Positions 16,528 through 26,275 of a DNA stretch of 64,000 bases are shown in pieces. The position numbers were made by a program, and so were the translations under genes. The stretch comes from Alphaproteobacteria bacterium (GTDB lineage Bacteria > Pseudomonadota > Alphaproteobacteria > Bin95), in contig CBDBGH010000003.1 of assembly GCA_965205265.1 (NCBI GenBank), positions 5,088,001-5,152,000 of the forward strand, given 5' to 3'. The notes under the pieces were generated by a model. That model did no database searches, was not told where the DNA came from, and worked only from the letters and a program-made list of their open reading frames with translations. Every line of letters begins with the position of its first letter. Within the stretch, counting starts at the first letter, position 1.

Positions 16528-17064
16528 TTACAGGGCGGGCTCCGCCGAAGCGCGGTCGCCGTTCCGGGGAGCGGCATGGCGCTCCATCTTGGCGAGGAAA
16601 TGGAGCTTGATCGCCTCGTCGTCGATATGTTCGTTCCGCCGCCATCCCGGACGGTTCCTTGCTTCATGCCACGGGGTGTCGGGGCTATGCCCCAGCTCGG
16701 CCAGCTCATGGGCGGTCCAGTCCCCGTAAACCTCCCAAATGCGCTTCAGGAAATCCGATGCCCGTGTGTCTTGGCGAGGAACGTCCGGGGTAAAGACGGT
16801 TGAATTGTCGTCCAGATCCGTGGCCAGCCTGGTTATTGGCCATTGGGCGCCGAACTCCCTGAACTCGCAATAGACGGACGGGTATCCGGGGCCGTATTGC
16901 CAGGCCTCGACATACTCGTCTCCAATCAGCGGCGTGTGGCGAAGAGCGAGATGCCAGCCATGCGCGACATACAGGAGTTTCTGCAATTTGAGCGGACCGA
17001 TCCCGGCCCTTCCGTAACAGCGAAGAAAGTGGTTGGCGACAGCCTTTGCGGAGTATCCCTCCAT
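16528..17064 (-). CDS. SocA/Panacea (DUF4065) antitoxin-domain protein
   Basis: AVANHFL, PLKLQKLLYVAHGWHL, EAWQYGP, H...TPW motifs. Confidence 0.9.
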   Translation of the reverse strand: MEGYSAKAVANHFLRCYGRAGIGPLKLQKLLYVAHGWHLALRHTPLIGDEYVEAWQYGPGYPSVYCEFREFGAQWPITRLATDLDDNSTVFTPDVPRQDTRASDFLKRIWEVYGDWTAHELAELGHSPDTPWHEARNRPGWRRNEHIDDEAIKLHFLAKMERHAAPRNGDRASAEPAL

Positions 17065-17070
17065 CCCGGT

Positions 17071-17850
17071 TCAGGGTTCCGGTGTCTCGCCGGAACGAAC
17101 CTGCAGAAGCGTGACGGCCTCGTCGAGGTTGTTGCGTCGGGCGATGTCGGCCGGGGTTTCTTCCCATTCGTTCCGGGCAGCCGGGTCCGCGCCGGCCTCG
17201 ATCAGGGCCAGAATGGCCGCTGGATCGCCATAGAAGGCCGCCGTATGCAACGGGGTGGTCTCATGGTCCGCCCTCGCATTGGGATCGGCGCCGCCATCGA
17301 GAAGGATCATGGCGATATCGGGGCGTTCGTTCCGGAGAGCGACATGGAGCGGCGTGCAGCCCCGGGCGTCGGCGGCGTCCGGTTCGGCGCCCGCCTCGAG
17401 AAGCATCCGCGTGGCGCGGCGATTGACGGCCTGACCGCTCATGGCGGCGCGGTGCAACGGCGTGTTGCCGCTGCGGTTGCGGGCCTCGATGTCGGCGCCG
17501 GCCTCGATAAGGAGCCGGACGGCCCCGATGGTCCCGCAGACGGCCGCGAGATGCAGGGGCGTTTCCCCCGCCCGGTCGCCGGCCTCGAGCCCGGTCGAGC
17601 GGGAGAGCAGCAGGGCAAGGGCCTCCTCGTTCCCGCTGGCCGCGGCCAGATGCAGGGGCCGGGCCCCGCCGACCGTCCTGGCTTCCGTGTCCGCCCCTGC
17701 GTCGAGCAGGGTCCGGACGATATCGGCCGCTCCCCGGCCACCGGCGGCGGCATGCAGGGGCGTGTAGCCGTAGGTGTCCACGGCCTTGGGGCTTCCGCCC
17801 CGGGAAAGCCAGGCGCGAAGCTGGCGGCTTGAAACGGACCGGAAGTCCAT
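17071..17850 (-). CDS. Ankyrin-repeat protein
   Basis: About 7 GxTPLHxAA repeats. Confidence 0.93.
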   Translation of the reverse strand: MDFRSVSSRQLRAWLSRGGSPKAVDTYGYTPLHAAAGGRGAADIVRTLLDAGADTEARTVGGARPLHLAAASGNEEALALLLSRSTGLEAGDRAGETPLHLAAVCGTIGAVRLLIEAGADIEARNRSGNTPLHRAAMSGQAVNRRATRMLLEAGAEPDAADARGCTPLHVALRNERPDIAMILLDGGADPNARADHETTPLHTAAFYGDPAAILALIEAGADPAARNEWEETPADIARRNNLDEAVTLLQVRSGETPEP

Positions 17851-17994
17851 GGAGACGGTCCCCTCTGCGTTCTGGCGACAGGAGTATTGGCCATATCGGT
17901 GAAAAGTCGAAACGCATGTCAACTCCCGGGGATCTTGTGGCGATGCCGGGAACTGGTATAATACTAGACAACTCTGCGGGGGGACCCGGGCGGT

Positions 17995-18867
17995 ATGGCG
18001 ATGACGGCCGAGGAGCTTCTGGAGCGCTATGCGGCGGGCGAGCGCGACTTCTCCGGTCTGGACCTGAGGGGCATCTTCCTGAAGGACCGGATCCTGAACG
18101 GCGCAAGGTTTGCTGGAGCGGACCTGACCGGGGCGAGCCTGTTCCGGGCGAAGCTGATCGGCGCCGATTTCACCGGTGCCGACCTGACCAGGGCGAGCCT
18201 GGGATGGGCGACCCTGTACCGTGCGATTCTCGACGATAGCGTGTGCGTCAAGGCCAATTTCGGTTCGGCTAGGACAGTGGCGCGAGGACGGTATCTGCCG
18301 GGGGTCACGAGTTTCCGGCGCGCGAATTTCGCCGACGCGAGGATGCCGTCGATCCGGTTCGAGTGGACCGACCTGTCATATGCCACTTTCGCCGGGGCCG
18401 ATCTTTCCCGGGCCACGTTTTCCGAGTGTCACCTGGACCATGCCGATCTGACCGCGGCAAGGGCGCGCCGCAGCGAGTTCTGGATGTGCAGTCTTGCGCA
18501 GACGAGCTTCGCCGGCGCGAACTTGAAGGAGTCCGTCCTGCAGCGGTGCGCGTTCCACGATACGGGATTCCCGCAGGCCGATATGAGACGGATGCTGATG
18601 GACTTGCAGGATTCGCGTAACGCGGAGGGCAAGGACATGAAGCGCAACGGCAGGGTCGATTTGTCCGGCGCCGACATCCGGGGGACCCGGCTGGACGAGC
18701 TTGCCGACGCGATAACGAACGGCCTGATACGTCTCGACGGCGCAAAGGCGGACGGGACGACGGATTTCCGCTGGTCTGGCGATGCATATATCGAGGAAGA
18801 AGAGCGGGAGGAGATCGAAAGGCTCCTGGGCCTTCAGGTTCGGGAACAGGAAAGCATCAGCCCGTGA
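17995..18867 (+). CDS. Pentapeptide-repeat protein
   Basis: LLERYAAGERDF N-terminus, many A(D/N)(L/F)xx repeats. Confidence 0.92.
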   Translation: MAMTAEELLERYAAGERDFSGLDLRGIFLKDRILNGARFAGADLTGASLFRAKLIGADFTGADLTRASLGWATLYRAILDDSVCVKANFGSARTVARGRYLPGVTSFRRANFADARMPSIRFEWTDLSYATFAGADLSRATFSECHLDHADLTAARARRSEFWMCSLAQTSFAGANLKESVLQRCAFHDTGFPQADMRRMLMDLQDSRNAEGKDMKRNGRVDLSGADIRGTRLDELADAITNGLIRLDGAKADGTTDFRWSGDAYIEEEEREEIERLLGLQVREQESISP

Positions 18868-18900
18868 CGGCTCCATGGGAGGCGCCGGAGACCGTGCCGG

Positions 18901-19092
18901 TCATTTCCCGCGCCATACCATGCGCAGCGTGCCGCAATGATCCCGCGCGGCTTCCTTGATCCCGGACCATGCGCCGATCAGCAATCCCAGCACCATCGAG
19001 ATCGGGAATGTCAGCACTATCGCGCACACCAGCACGGACCAGGGCATCCATCGCACATATGGTTTCAGCCGCTGCCGGTAGTCCCGGCCCAT
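18901..19092 (-). CDS. Small membrane protein
   Basis: MGRDYRQRLKP..., hydrophobic core; RBS GGGGAG. Confidence 0.5.
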   Translation of the reverse strand: MGRDYRQRLKPYVRWMPWSVLVCAIVLTFPISMVLGLLIGAWSGIKEAARDHCGTLRMVWRGK

Positions 19093-19298
19093 CCCGCTCT
19101 CTCCCCGTCCGGCAATGTACATGAGCTGCGAAGGGAACTCCCATGAATTGTTGCGGACAAAGGGCAGGAATCCCAATAGCCTGAAACGTCATGTGCGCCA
19201 GCAGTCCGGCGGCAGGTATCCAAGGGGTCAATGATGGGCCCCGACCTCATCTCCCCCGGAAGCGGGGAGCCGGACATTTTCGGAGTGAGGACGAAAGC

Positions 19299-19637
19299 AT
19301 GAGCGACACAGCCAACATCCTGTTCGCCGCCGCGGACCTGGTTGACCGGGGCTGGACCCAAAAAGCCTACGCTGTCGGCAGTGACGGGCGGTCCGTTGTT
19401 CCGGATGGCCCCTTGGCCAGAAAATGGAACGTCATCGGTGCTATCGCCGCGGCGGCCGGGCGATTTCACCGTGGCGCGGAACTCGCCTTGACGAACCATC
19501 TGGATGTTTGGGAACTGGAACTCTGGAACAACGAGCCCGGCCGCACGCAGGCGGAGGTGAGCGCCGCGCTCCGGGAGTGTGCGTTCCTCCTCCGGGGCGA
19601 CGGCGCCCCGGCCTCATCGAGGTTCGCGAGCGCATGA
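19299..19637 (+). CDS. DUF6197-like hypothetical protein
   Basis: RGWTQ...W.VIGAI...WNNEPGRTQAEV; ATGA-coupled to parE. Confidence 0.75.
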   Translation: MSDTANILFAAADLVDRGWTQKAYAVGSDGRSVVPDGPLARKWNVIGAIAAAAGRFHRGAELALTNHLDVWELELWNNEPGRTQAEVSAALRECAFLLRGDGAPASSRFASA

Positions 19638-21631
19638 GTGGCGAGAACGTCGTGCCGATGCCGGGCCTTTTCGCGGAAGACGAAGCCGCGAATTCCTACA
19701 CCGCCGAGCATATCGAGGTGCTCGAGGGCCTGGAGCCGGTGCGGCGCCGGCCCGGCATGTATATCGGCTCGACCGGCGAAGCCGGCCTCCATCACCTGGC
19801 CGCCGAACTGCTCGACAATGCGATGGACGAGGCGGTCGCGGGTCATGCCGACCGCATCGAGTTCGCGCTCGGCCGGGACGGCTGGGTCGAGGTCCGCGAC
19901 AACGGGCGCGGCATTCCCGTGGAGCCGCATCCCAGGTTTGCCGACCGTTCGGCGCTCGAGGTGATCCTGACCACCCTCCACTCGGGAGCGAAATTCGCCG
20001 ACGGGGCCGACAGCGCCTACCGCACGGCCGGCGGCCTGCACGGCGTCGGAATTTCCGTGGTCAATGCCCTCGCCGCCGAACTGGTGATCGAGGTCACGCG
20101 CGAACGCATCATGTGGCGCCAGAGCTACGAGTGCGGCAAGGCGGTATCGAAGCTGGAAAAGGTGGGTATCTCGCGCAACAGGCGCGGAACCGCCGTCCGG
20201 TTCCGCCCCGACAGGGCGATCTTCGGTGAAGCGACCCGTTTCAGGCCCGAGCGGCTGTATCGCATGGTCCGCTCGAAGGCCTCCCTGTTCGCCGGCGTGC
20301 GCCTGCTGTGGCGTTGCCATCCCTCGCTGCTCGCGGGGAACCCGGACGTGCCGGCGGAGGCGGAGCTGCACTTTCCGGGCGGTCTCGCCGACTATCTCGA
20401 CGCTTCCACGCAGGACCGCGAGCGCGTCGCCGACGCGGTGTTCTCGGGCCAGGTGGAGTTTCCCGGGGATACCGGGCGGGTCGAATGGGCCGTGACCTGG
20501 CTCGCCGACGGCGAGGGCTTTACGCAGAGCTACTGCAATACCATCCCGACGCCGCTCGGGGGCAGCCACGAGGCCGGCCTGCGTCTGGCGCTGATGAAGG
20601 GGCTGCGCACGCATGGCGAGCATGTCGGCAATCGCAAGACCGCCCGGATCAACGCCGATGACGCCATCGGCGGCGCCGGCGTCATGCTGTCGGCCTTCAT
20701 CCGGAACCCGCAGTTCCAGGGCCAGACCAAGGAGAAGCTCGAGAGTCCGGAGACGCAGCGTCTGGTCGAGCAGACCGTAAAGGACCGGTTTGACCACTGG
20801 CTGGCGGCGGATACCGAGGCGGCCACCGCGCTCGCGGCCTTTGCGGTGGAGCGCGCGGAGGAGCGCCATCGGCGGCGCGAGGAGCGCGACCGGCGCAAGA
20901 AGGCCGCCGGGACACGGCGGGCCCGCCTGCCGGGCAAGCTGACCGACTGCTCGAGGCGCGAGCGCGACGGCGCCGAGATATTCCTGGTGGAAGGCGATTC
21001 CGCCGGCGGTTCGGCAAAGCAGGCCCGGCGGCGCGAGACGCAGGCCATCCTGCCGCTGCGCGGCAAGATCCTGAATGTCGCCAGCGCCACCGCCGACCGG
21101 GTCCGGGCCAACCGCGAGGTCGCCGATCTCGAGCTCGCGCTCGGCTGCGGGACAGGCGATGGCTACCGCGATGAGGATCTGCGCTATGAGCGCGTCATCA
21201 TCATGACGGACGCCGACGTCGACGGCGCGCATATCGCGGCCCTGCTGATGACCTATTTCATGCAGGAAATGCCGGGCCTGGTCGAGGCCGGACGGCTCTA
21301 CCTGGCCCGGCCGCCGCTCTACAGGCTCTCCGCAGGCGGCGTCACCGCCTATGCGCGCGACGATGCGCACCGCGCGGAGTTGCTCGAAACGGTCTTCAGC
21401 GGCAGGCGGAAAGTCGAGATATCCCGGTTCAAGGGCCTGGGCGAGATGCCGCCCGGCCAGCTGCGCGACACCACCATGGATCCGGCCCGGCGCAGCCTCC
21501 TGCGGGTCGAACCGGACAGGGGCGGAGCATCCTTCGACATCATGGAGCGGCTGATGGGGCGCAATCCGCGCCACCGGCTGGACTTCATCCGCGAGAACGC
21601 GGACGGGGCCGCGGTCCTCGTGGACGCCTGA
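19634..21631 (+). CDS. parE: DNA topoisomerase IV subunit B
   Basis: IEVLEGLEPVRRRPGMYIG, GGLHGVG, EGDSAGG, PLRGKILN, MTDADVDG, ISRFKGLGEM; alphaproteobacterial ParE type. Confidence 0.93.
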   Translation: MSGENVVPMPGLFAEDEAANSYTAEHIEVLEGLEPVRRRPGMYIGSTGEAGLHHLAAELLDNAMDEAVAGHADRIEFALGRDGWVEVRDNGRGIPVEPHPRFADRSALEVILTTLHSGAKFADGADSAYRTAGGLHGVGISVVNALAAELVIEVTRERIMWRQSYECGKAVSKLEKVGISRNRRGTAVRFRPDRAIFGEATRFRPERLYRMVRSKASLFAGVRLLWRCHPSLLAGNPDVPAEAELHFPGGLADYLDASTQDRERVADAVFSGQVEFPGDTGRVEWAVTWLADGEGFTQSYCNTIPTPLGGSHEAGLRLALMKGLRTHGEHVGNRKTARINADDAIGGAGVMLSAFIRNPQFQGQTKEKLESPETQRLVEQTVKDRFDHWLAADTEAATALAAFAVERAEERHRRREERDRRKKAAGTRRARLPGKLTDCSRRERDGAEIFLVEGDSAGGSAKQARRRETQAILPLRGKILNVASATADRVRANREVADLELALGCGTGDGYRDEDLRYERVIIMTDADVDGAHIAALLMTYFMQEMPGLVEAGRLYLARPPLYRLSAGGVTAYARDDAHRAELLETVFSGRRKVEISRFKGLGEMPPGQLRDTTMDPARRSLLRVEPDRGGASFDIMERLMGRNPRHRLDFIRENADGAAVLVDA

Positions 21632-21647
21632 CAGGATAGGGGGGACG

Positions 21648-22370
21648 ATGACGGGACTGAGCAGGGTCGATCAGGGCGATTGGGATCTCGACTTCCTGGC
21701 GGCGCTCTGCGCCCGCCTGACCCTTGGGACCCTGCAGCGGGCGCCCGCCGCCGGTCTCTGGCCGGTCGCCTACCTGCGCGGCGACGAGGTATGCGTCGAT
21801 CTCGCGGACAGCCTGCGAAGGCAGTGGTTCCGGCACCGGGCCTCCAGGGCCTCCAGGGTCTGGCCGGACCCGTTTCCGCACATGGCGCCCCGCACGGTCC
21901 GGGTGCTGTGGAAGGCCTGTGCGCATCACGGTCTGCGGCGTCTGCGCACTATCGGCGTATCCGGGGTTCGGGTGACGCTGTCCTGCTGGCAGGAGGGGCT
22001 CGCAAGGGAAACCGAGGTCGAGTGGGCGATGCGGTCTCCCGGCCTGCCGGGAGAGACTGCGGCCGGGGAGCCCGTGGCGATGATGGCCCAGGAAGGGCTG
22101 AGCGGCGCCTGGCGCCTCATTTGCGCGGATGGGCGCACGATGATGGAGACGCTGTCGGACGATGTCGCCGCTTTCGTGCTGAGCGGGAATGAGCGCTTTC
22201 GACGGACCGGCCCGGTGGTTGTGCTTTGGGATGTCGATCCCGATGAATCGGAGCGCGCTTTCGGCTTTCAGGTTATGAGCCTGGACGGCGAGGACGGCGC
22301 TCCCGTGGCCATGCCCTGCGCCTTCCGGGACTATCGGGACATCGCCAGGAGCGACATGGTCACGGAGTGA
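21648..22370 (+). CDS. Hypothetical protein
   Basis: 240-aa ORF with RBS, downstream of parE. Confidence 0.6.
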   Translation: MTGLSRVDQGDWDLDFLAALCARLTLGTLQRAPAAGLWPVAYLRGDEVCVDLADSLRRQWFRHRASRASRVWPDPFPHMAPRTVRVLWKACAHHGLRRLRTIGVSGVRVTLSCWQEGLARETEVEWAMRSPGLPGETAAGEPVAMMAQEGLSGAWRLICADGRTMMETLSDDVAAFVLSGNERFRRTGPVVVLWDVDPDESERAFGFQVMSLDGEDGAPVAMPCAFRDYRDIARSDMVTE

Positions 22371-22483
22371 CCGCTCATCGGGCCTGGCGTTTGCCGCATT
22401 TCGACCGGAGATGGAAAGATTGACGCCCTTTCCGGCATTTCCTGCCCTATGCTCGGCACGCATGCCGGGAGGAGGTGATCGAC

Positions 22484-22771
22484 ATGACAATTCGAAAGAC
22501 AGTATTCGCCGCCATGGCCTCGGCGCTTCTGCTGGCGGCTTCGCCGGTGTCTGCGCTGCAGGAGAAAATGCAGGTCGAGGAGCAGTTCATAGGCTGCTGC
22601 ATTACCAGCAAGGGAGACTGGTGCTGCTTCATCGGCCTCCCCACCTGTCAATGCCGGGTTGGCCATGCTTCCGCCGCCATGACGCCCTTGCCGGATGGCA
22701 AGTATTCCGGCGACAGCCTCAGGGAAGCCATGCAAAAGATGATGGATGCGCTTCCGGACGACGGGACATAG
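22484..22771 (+). CDS. Small secreted Cys-rich protein
   Basis: Signal peptide MTIRKTVFAAMASALLLAASPVSA; CC...CC...CxC; RBS GGAGGT. Confidence 0.7.
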   Translation: MTIRKTVFAAMASALLLAASPVSALQEKMQVEEQFIGCCITSKGDWCCFIGLPTCQCRVGHASAAMTPLPDGKYSGDSLREAMQKMMDALPDDGT

Positions 22772-22845
22772 AACCGCCAGGACGCTGAAACGGCATCCTG
22801 CAACAAGACGCGAGGCCGGCCACAGCCTGCCGCCCCTGTGTCGGG

Positions 22846-23325
22846 TCACGAGAAGGTCGCGCCAAATCCAGGAGCTGCATCGACCACTTCGCGGACCTGT
22901 CCCGCCTTCAGCTTCCTCAGCGGAACTGCGGTTTCATCTTCGAACGGCCATTCCTGTGTGAGAAACGCCCAGGCCAGTTCCGGGTCCCCGATGGCATCGA
23001 GAATTTCCGGCAGGCCGGGGATGACCTTGCGGGGGCCCAGGATCTGCGCGGCCGGAATCCGCAGGCCGCCCTGGGGTGCCCTCCAGGCAAGAAGCGTTCC
23101 CTTGCGCGCCCAGTCGTAGATGGTTGTGCGCGATACCTCCAGTCGTTCGGCCGCTTCGGTCGCGCCGATTGTAGCCAACCCGCATTCGGGGCTGTCCCGG
23201 ACAAACCGCCTGAGCCGGACCGGCAGATCCTTCCCGGGTTTCTCGATGGCGCGCCGTCCGGCCGCGGCGTGTCGAGCGGCGGCAACGGCGACGCGCGCAG
23301 TTCGGGGGTCGTGGTTATCCGGCAT
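22846..23325 (-). CDS. HTH plus MbcA/ParS/Xre-like antitoxin
   Basis: EAAERLEVSRTTIYDWAR HTH; LAWAFLTQ...PLRKLKAG...FGATFS C-terminus. Confidence 0.7.
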   Translation of the reverse strand: MPDNHDPRTARVAVAAARHAAAGRRAIEKPGKDLPVRLRRFVRDSPECGLATIGATEAAERLEVSRTTIYDWARKGTLLAWRAPQGGLRIPAAQILGPRKVIPGLPEILDAIGDPELAWAFLTQEWPFEDETAVPLRKLKAGQVREVVDAAPGFGATFS

Positions 23326-23718
23326 TGGCGATCCGGTGTCGGTGATTATCATAAAGGGCGCATATTTGCTGGCGTAGCGCGCTTTTGTGGTGCGCACGAC
23401 AAACAGCGTGAGACAGGCGCGGCCGGGTTTATGACGGGGGCCGAGGACGGAAGGAGGGCGTAGCCCGACCGGAGTCCTCGGCCCCCGTCGCGTTGAGATT
23501 TTCGCCTCCCGGAGGGCGGCGACGTCCTGGCGACCGGGTTGGCCGTTCCCGGGCTGCGGCAGGGGGTAGACTGGGGCTTCTGAGAACGATGCGGCGCCGG
23601 CCCCGTTGGCTTGGTGGCAACGACCGGCGCCGCACCCCCCGAGCCATGCAAGGCGCGGCCCGGAAGCGCAGTATCGTGCGCGTCCGGGCGTGGGTCCACC
23701 CCGTTCTCATCGGTCGCG

Positions 23719-24153
23719 ATGAGGAACGCCGCCCGCCTGTTCACCTGCGCCCTGTGCCGCCGCCAGGTGGTTCTCTGCCGGCGCTGCGACTCTGGCCATA
23801 TCTACTGTTCGCCGCGTTGCAGCGGGCGGGCGCGGCGTCGGTCGGTGCGCCTTGCGGGGCAGCGCTACCAGAACAGCCGCCGGGGCCGTCACAAGCATGC
23901 CGAGCGCCAGCGGCGCTACCGCGAACGGCGCCGTGTGCGGCAGCCGGCAGTTCGGGCCATCGCGCAGAAAGTGACGCATCACCCTTTGACCGTCGCGCGC
24001 CGGCGTCCTGATGTGGCGCGCATACCGGCGGGGCGGTCCGGAACCCGGCCCTTCGGGCCCGACCGTCCCGCCCGGGTGTTCCGCTGCGAGCGCTGCGGTC
24101 GGTTCTGCGGCCTGGCGGTCTATCCGGGCCTGCGCCAGGCGCGAAGGGAGTGA
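23719..24153 (+). CDS. Cys-rich accessory protein upstream of istA
   Basis: CALC...CRRC...YCSPRC...CERCGRFC. Confidence 0.75.
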   Translation: MRNAARLFTCALCRRQVVLCRRCDSGHIYCSPRCSGRARRRSVRLAGQRYQNSRRGRHKHAERQRRYRERRRVRQPAVRAIAQKVTHHPLTVARRRPDVARIPAGRSGTRPFGPDRPARVFRCERCGRFCGLAVYPGLRQARRE

Positions 24154-24357
24154 GATGGCGATCGACAAGCAGACCCGTGCCGAGATCCAGCGGCTGTATT
24201 TTGCCGAGAAGTGGAGGATCGGCACGATCGCGCGCCAGCTCGGCGTCCACCACGGCACGGTCGAGCGCGCGGTAGCGGCCGCCGGGGCGCCCGCGCGTGA
24301 GAGGCGGCGCAGGGCTTCGATGATCGATCCGTTCCGGCCCTTCATCCGCCAGACCCT
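24153..24357 (+). repeat. About 205-bp direct repeat (istA 5' end), copy 1; copy 2 at 26274-26478
   Basis: Identical sequence on both sides of the IS1634 element. Confidence 0.92.
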
Positions 24358-26273
24358 CCTGACTTCGACGGTTGATTCGCATAAGTAGTTGATATTGCCT
24401 GGTTCTCATTTCGGCTAGGCACTACATCCGGCATTTCTTCGAGCCGTGCTTCGTCGACGGTCAGGCGAGTTGATACGGGGTGATCGTCAGGGGCAGCCCC
24501 ATGGTTGCGTAAATCTGCTCCGCCGCCGGTGTCGGCTTCGAGGGGATGACGTAGCGGTTGCCCGATTGCCGACAGCGCAGCAGGGAGCACTGGCGGTGGA
24601 CGAGGGCGGAGCGGATGACCTCCGGGGACATCCGCCGCTTCTGGATGGCGACGCGGTACGCAAGGTGTCGAACGCAGGCGAAGGCCAGGAAGGCGATGGC
24701 GATGTGAGCGCGGATCCGGTCCGGGTTCCAGTGCCAGATGGGACGTATCTTCAGGTCGTGTTTGGTGATCCGGAAGCTCTCCTCGACCTGCCAGAGCCCC
24801 TGGTAGTGAGCCATCACTTCGGTGACGCGCGCGTCGCGCAGATTGGTGATGACGCCGGTGAGCCCGTCCCATCGTGCGGCCTCGGCGATCTTCTCCGGGT
24901 TCACCGTGAGCCGTGCGTCGCCCTCGACGGCGATGAAGCGCTTCGCCCCGTGATTGGAGAGCAGTTCCCTGGGATTGTCGCTGCGGGCCAGCCTGTCGAG
25001 CAGGCGTTCCACCTGATGGCGGCGCTCGTGCGCGTCCTTGCGTGCGCGCTGGGGGCAGAAGACGACGATCAGGCGACGGCCCTTGTACTCCCACTCGCCG
25101 ACCCGGCGGTCCTGTGAGCCCTCCAGCGGGGCATAGGTCCCGGGGTCGAGAACCTGCCCCAGCAGCGCGAGCGGCAGCTTGCGCAGCCGCGCGCCGACGA
25201 CATACTCGCCGCCGATGGCGTCCATGGCGTCGAGGTTGTCGGCGCTCAGCATGCCCCGGTCGGCCACGCATACCGTGCGCTCCACCTGGTGGCGGCGCTG
25301 CATGTCCTGCAGGACCGGGACCATGCTGTGTCCCTCGTAGGTGGCGCCGGGGAAGACCTCGTAGCTGATCGGCAGCCCTTCGCGCGTCACCATCAGCGCC
25401 AGCAGAACCTGCGAGTCCTTGTGTTTGCCGTCCTTGCTGAAGCCGTGCTGGCGAAGCTCGTCCTCGGCGGCCGTCTCGAAGTAGAGCGTGGTGCAATCGA
25501 AGAAGAGGATCGCGACCGGCTCCGGCAGCAGCGACCGGCTCGCCTCGCCGACGCGCGTGCGCAGTCGCTCGATCACCGTCGCGTCGAGCTGATCCATCAT
25601 CCGGTAGACCTTCTCGAGCGGAAGACTCACGCCGAAGTCCTCCTCGAGCCGGCGCACGCTGCCCCGCTTGCTGTCGGGGTTGGCTACCCGCGCCATCACC
25701 ACATGGAACAGCGCGTCATGGGAGGCCCGGTAGCGCGAGCGCGGCAGCAGCGCGTCGAGGCCCAGCAGCCGGTAGATCTCGCCATAGACCTCGTGGATGC
25801 CTGTGATCAGGCGCTGCTCCTCTTCAAGCTGCTTGAGGTCGACCGGGAGTTCCTCCTTGCCGTCCCCCCGGCGGCCGACACGGATCGCCTGCTCAGCGAT
25901 CTTCTCGGGCGCAAACAATGCCGGCTGACGCTCGTCCTCCAGCTTCGCCTTGACGTACTCGCCGAGCTGCCTCAGGCGCTCGAGCTCGTCCTCGTCCATG
26001 GCCACGCCGACATGGCGGACGATGCGCTGTCGGACCTTGCCGCCGTCGCGCACGGCCTCGACGATCTGGACCGAGCGTCGCGGGCTGTTGGGGGAGGTCT
26101 TGATGCGCACGAACATGGGGGGAGTGTAGCGCGTGGCGGAGGCATTGACAGTCTCAAAGATTTACTAGGCACTACAACGCAGCTTGACCGCACCGCAACT
26201 GCCAACTCATTGGCTTTACTGAAAACTCCAGACGCGAGATCGGTCAGAAGTCAGCCCAACCGTCGAAGTCAGG
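24358..26273 (-). mobile_element. IS1634-family insertion sequence
   Basis: 17-bp TIR CCTGACTTCGACGGTTG; long flanking direct repeat. Confidence 0.9.
24461..26116 (-). CDS. IS1634-family DDE transposase
   Basis: FFDCTTLYFE, GFSKDGK, VADRGM, WQVEESFRITK, RPIWHW. Confidence 0.93.
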   Translation of the reverse strand: MFVRIKTSPNSPRRSVQIVEAVRDGGKVRQRIVRHVGVAMDEDELERLRQLGEYVKAKLEDERQPALFAPEKIAEQAIRVGRRGDGKEELPVDLKQLEEEQRLITGIHEVYGEIYRLLGLDALLPRSRYRASHDALFHVVMARVANPDSKRGSVRRLEEDFGVSLPLEKVYRMMDQLDATVIERLRTRVGEASRSLLPEPVAILFFDCTTLYFETAAEDELRQHGFSKDGKHKDSQVLLALMVTREGLPISYEVFPGATYEGHSMVPVLQDMQRRHQVERTVCVADRGMLSADNLDAMDAIGGEYVVGARLRKLPLALLGQVLDPGTYAPLEGSQDRRVGEWEYKGRRLIVVFCPQRARKDAHERRHQVERLLDRLARSDNPRELLSNHGAKRFIAVEGDARLTVNPEKIAEAARWDGLTGVITNLRDARVTEVMAHYQGLWQVEESFRITKHDLKIRPIWHWNPDRIRAHIAIAFLAFACVRHLAYRVAIQKRRMSPEVIRSALVHRQCSLLRCRQSGNRYVIPSKPTPAAEQIYATMGLPLTITPYQLA

Positions 26274-26275
26274 AG

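Noticed and set aside
19466-21574. 702-aa minus-strand ORF; similar long ORFs at 49783-51702, 61716-63203, 54548-55819 and 39884-41350
   Set aside because: Antisense shadows of parE, recQ, istA, an ankyrin gene and cas9 in GC-rich DNA; no protein motifs
25289-26275. Apparent 830-aa IstA with a long N-terminal extension
   Set aside because: The extension is the antisense strand of the IS1634 transposase; the real start is MAIDKQ at 26276, matching the stub at 24155
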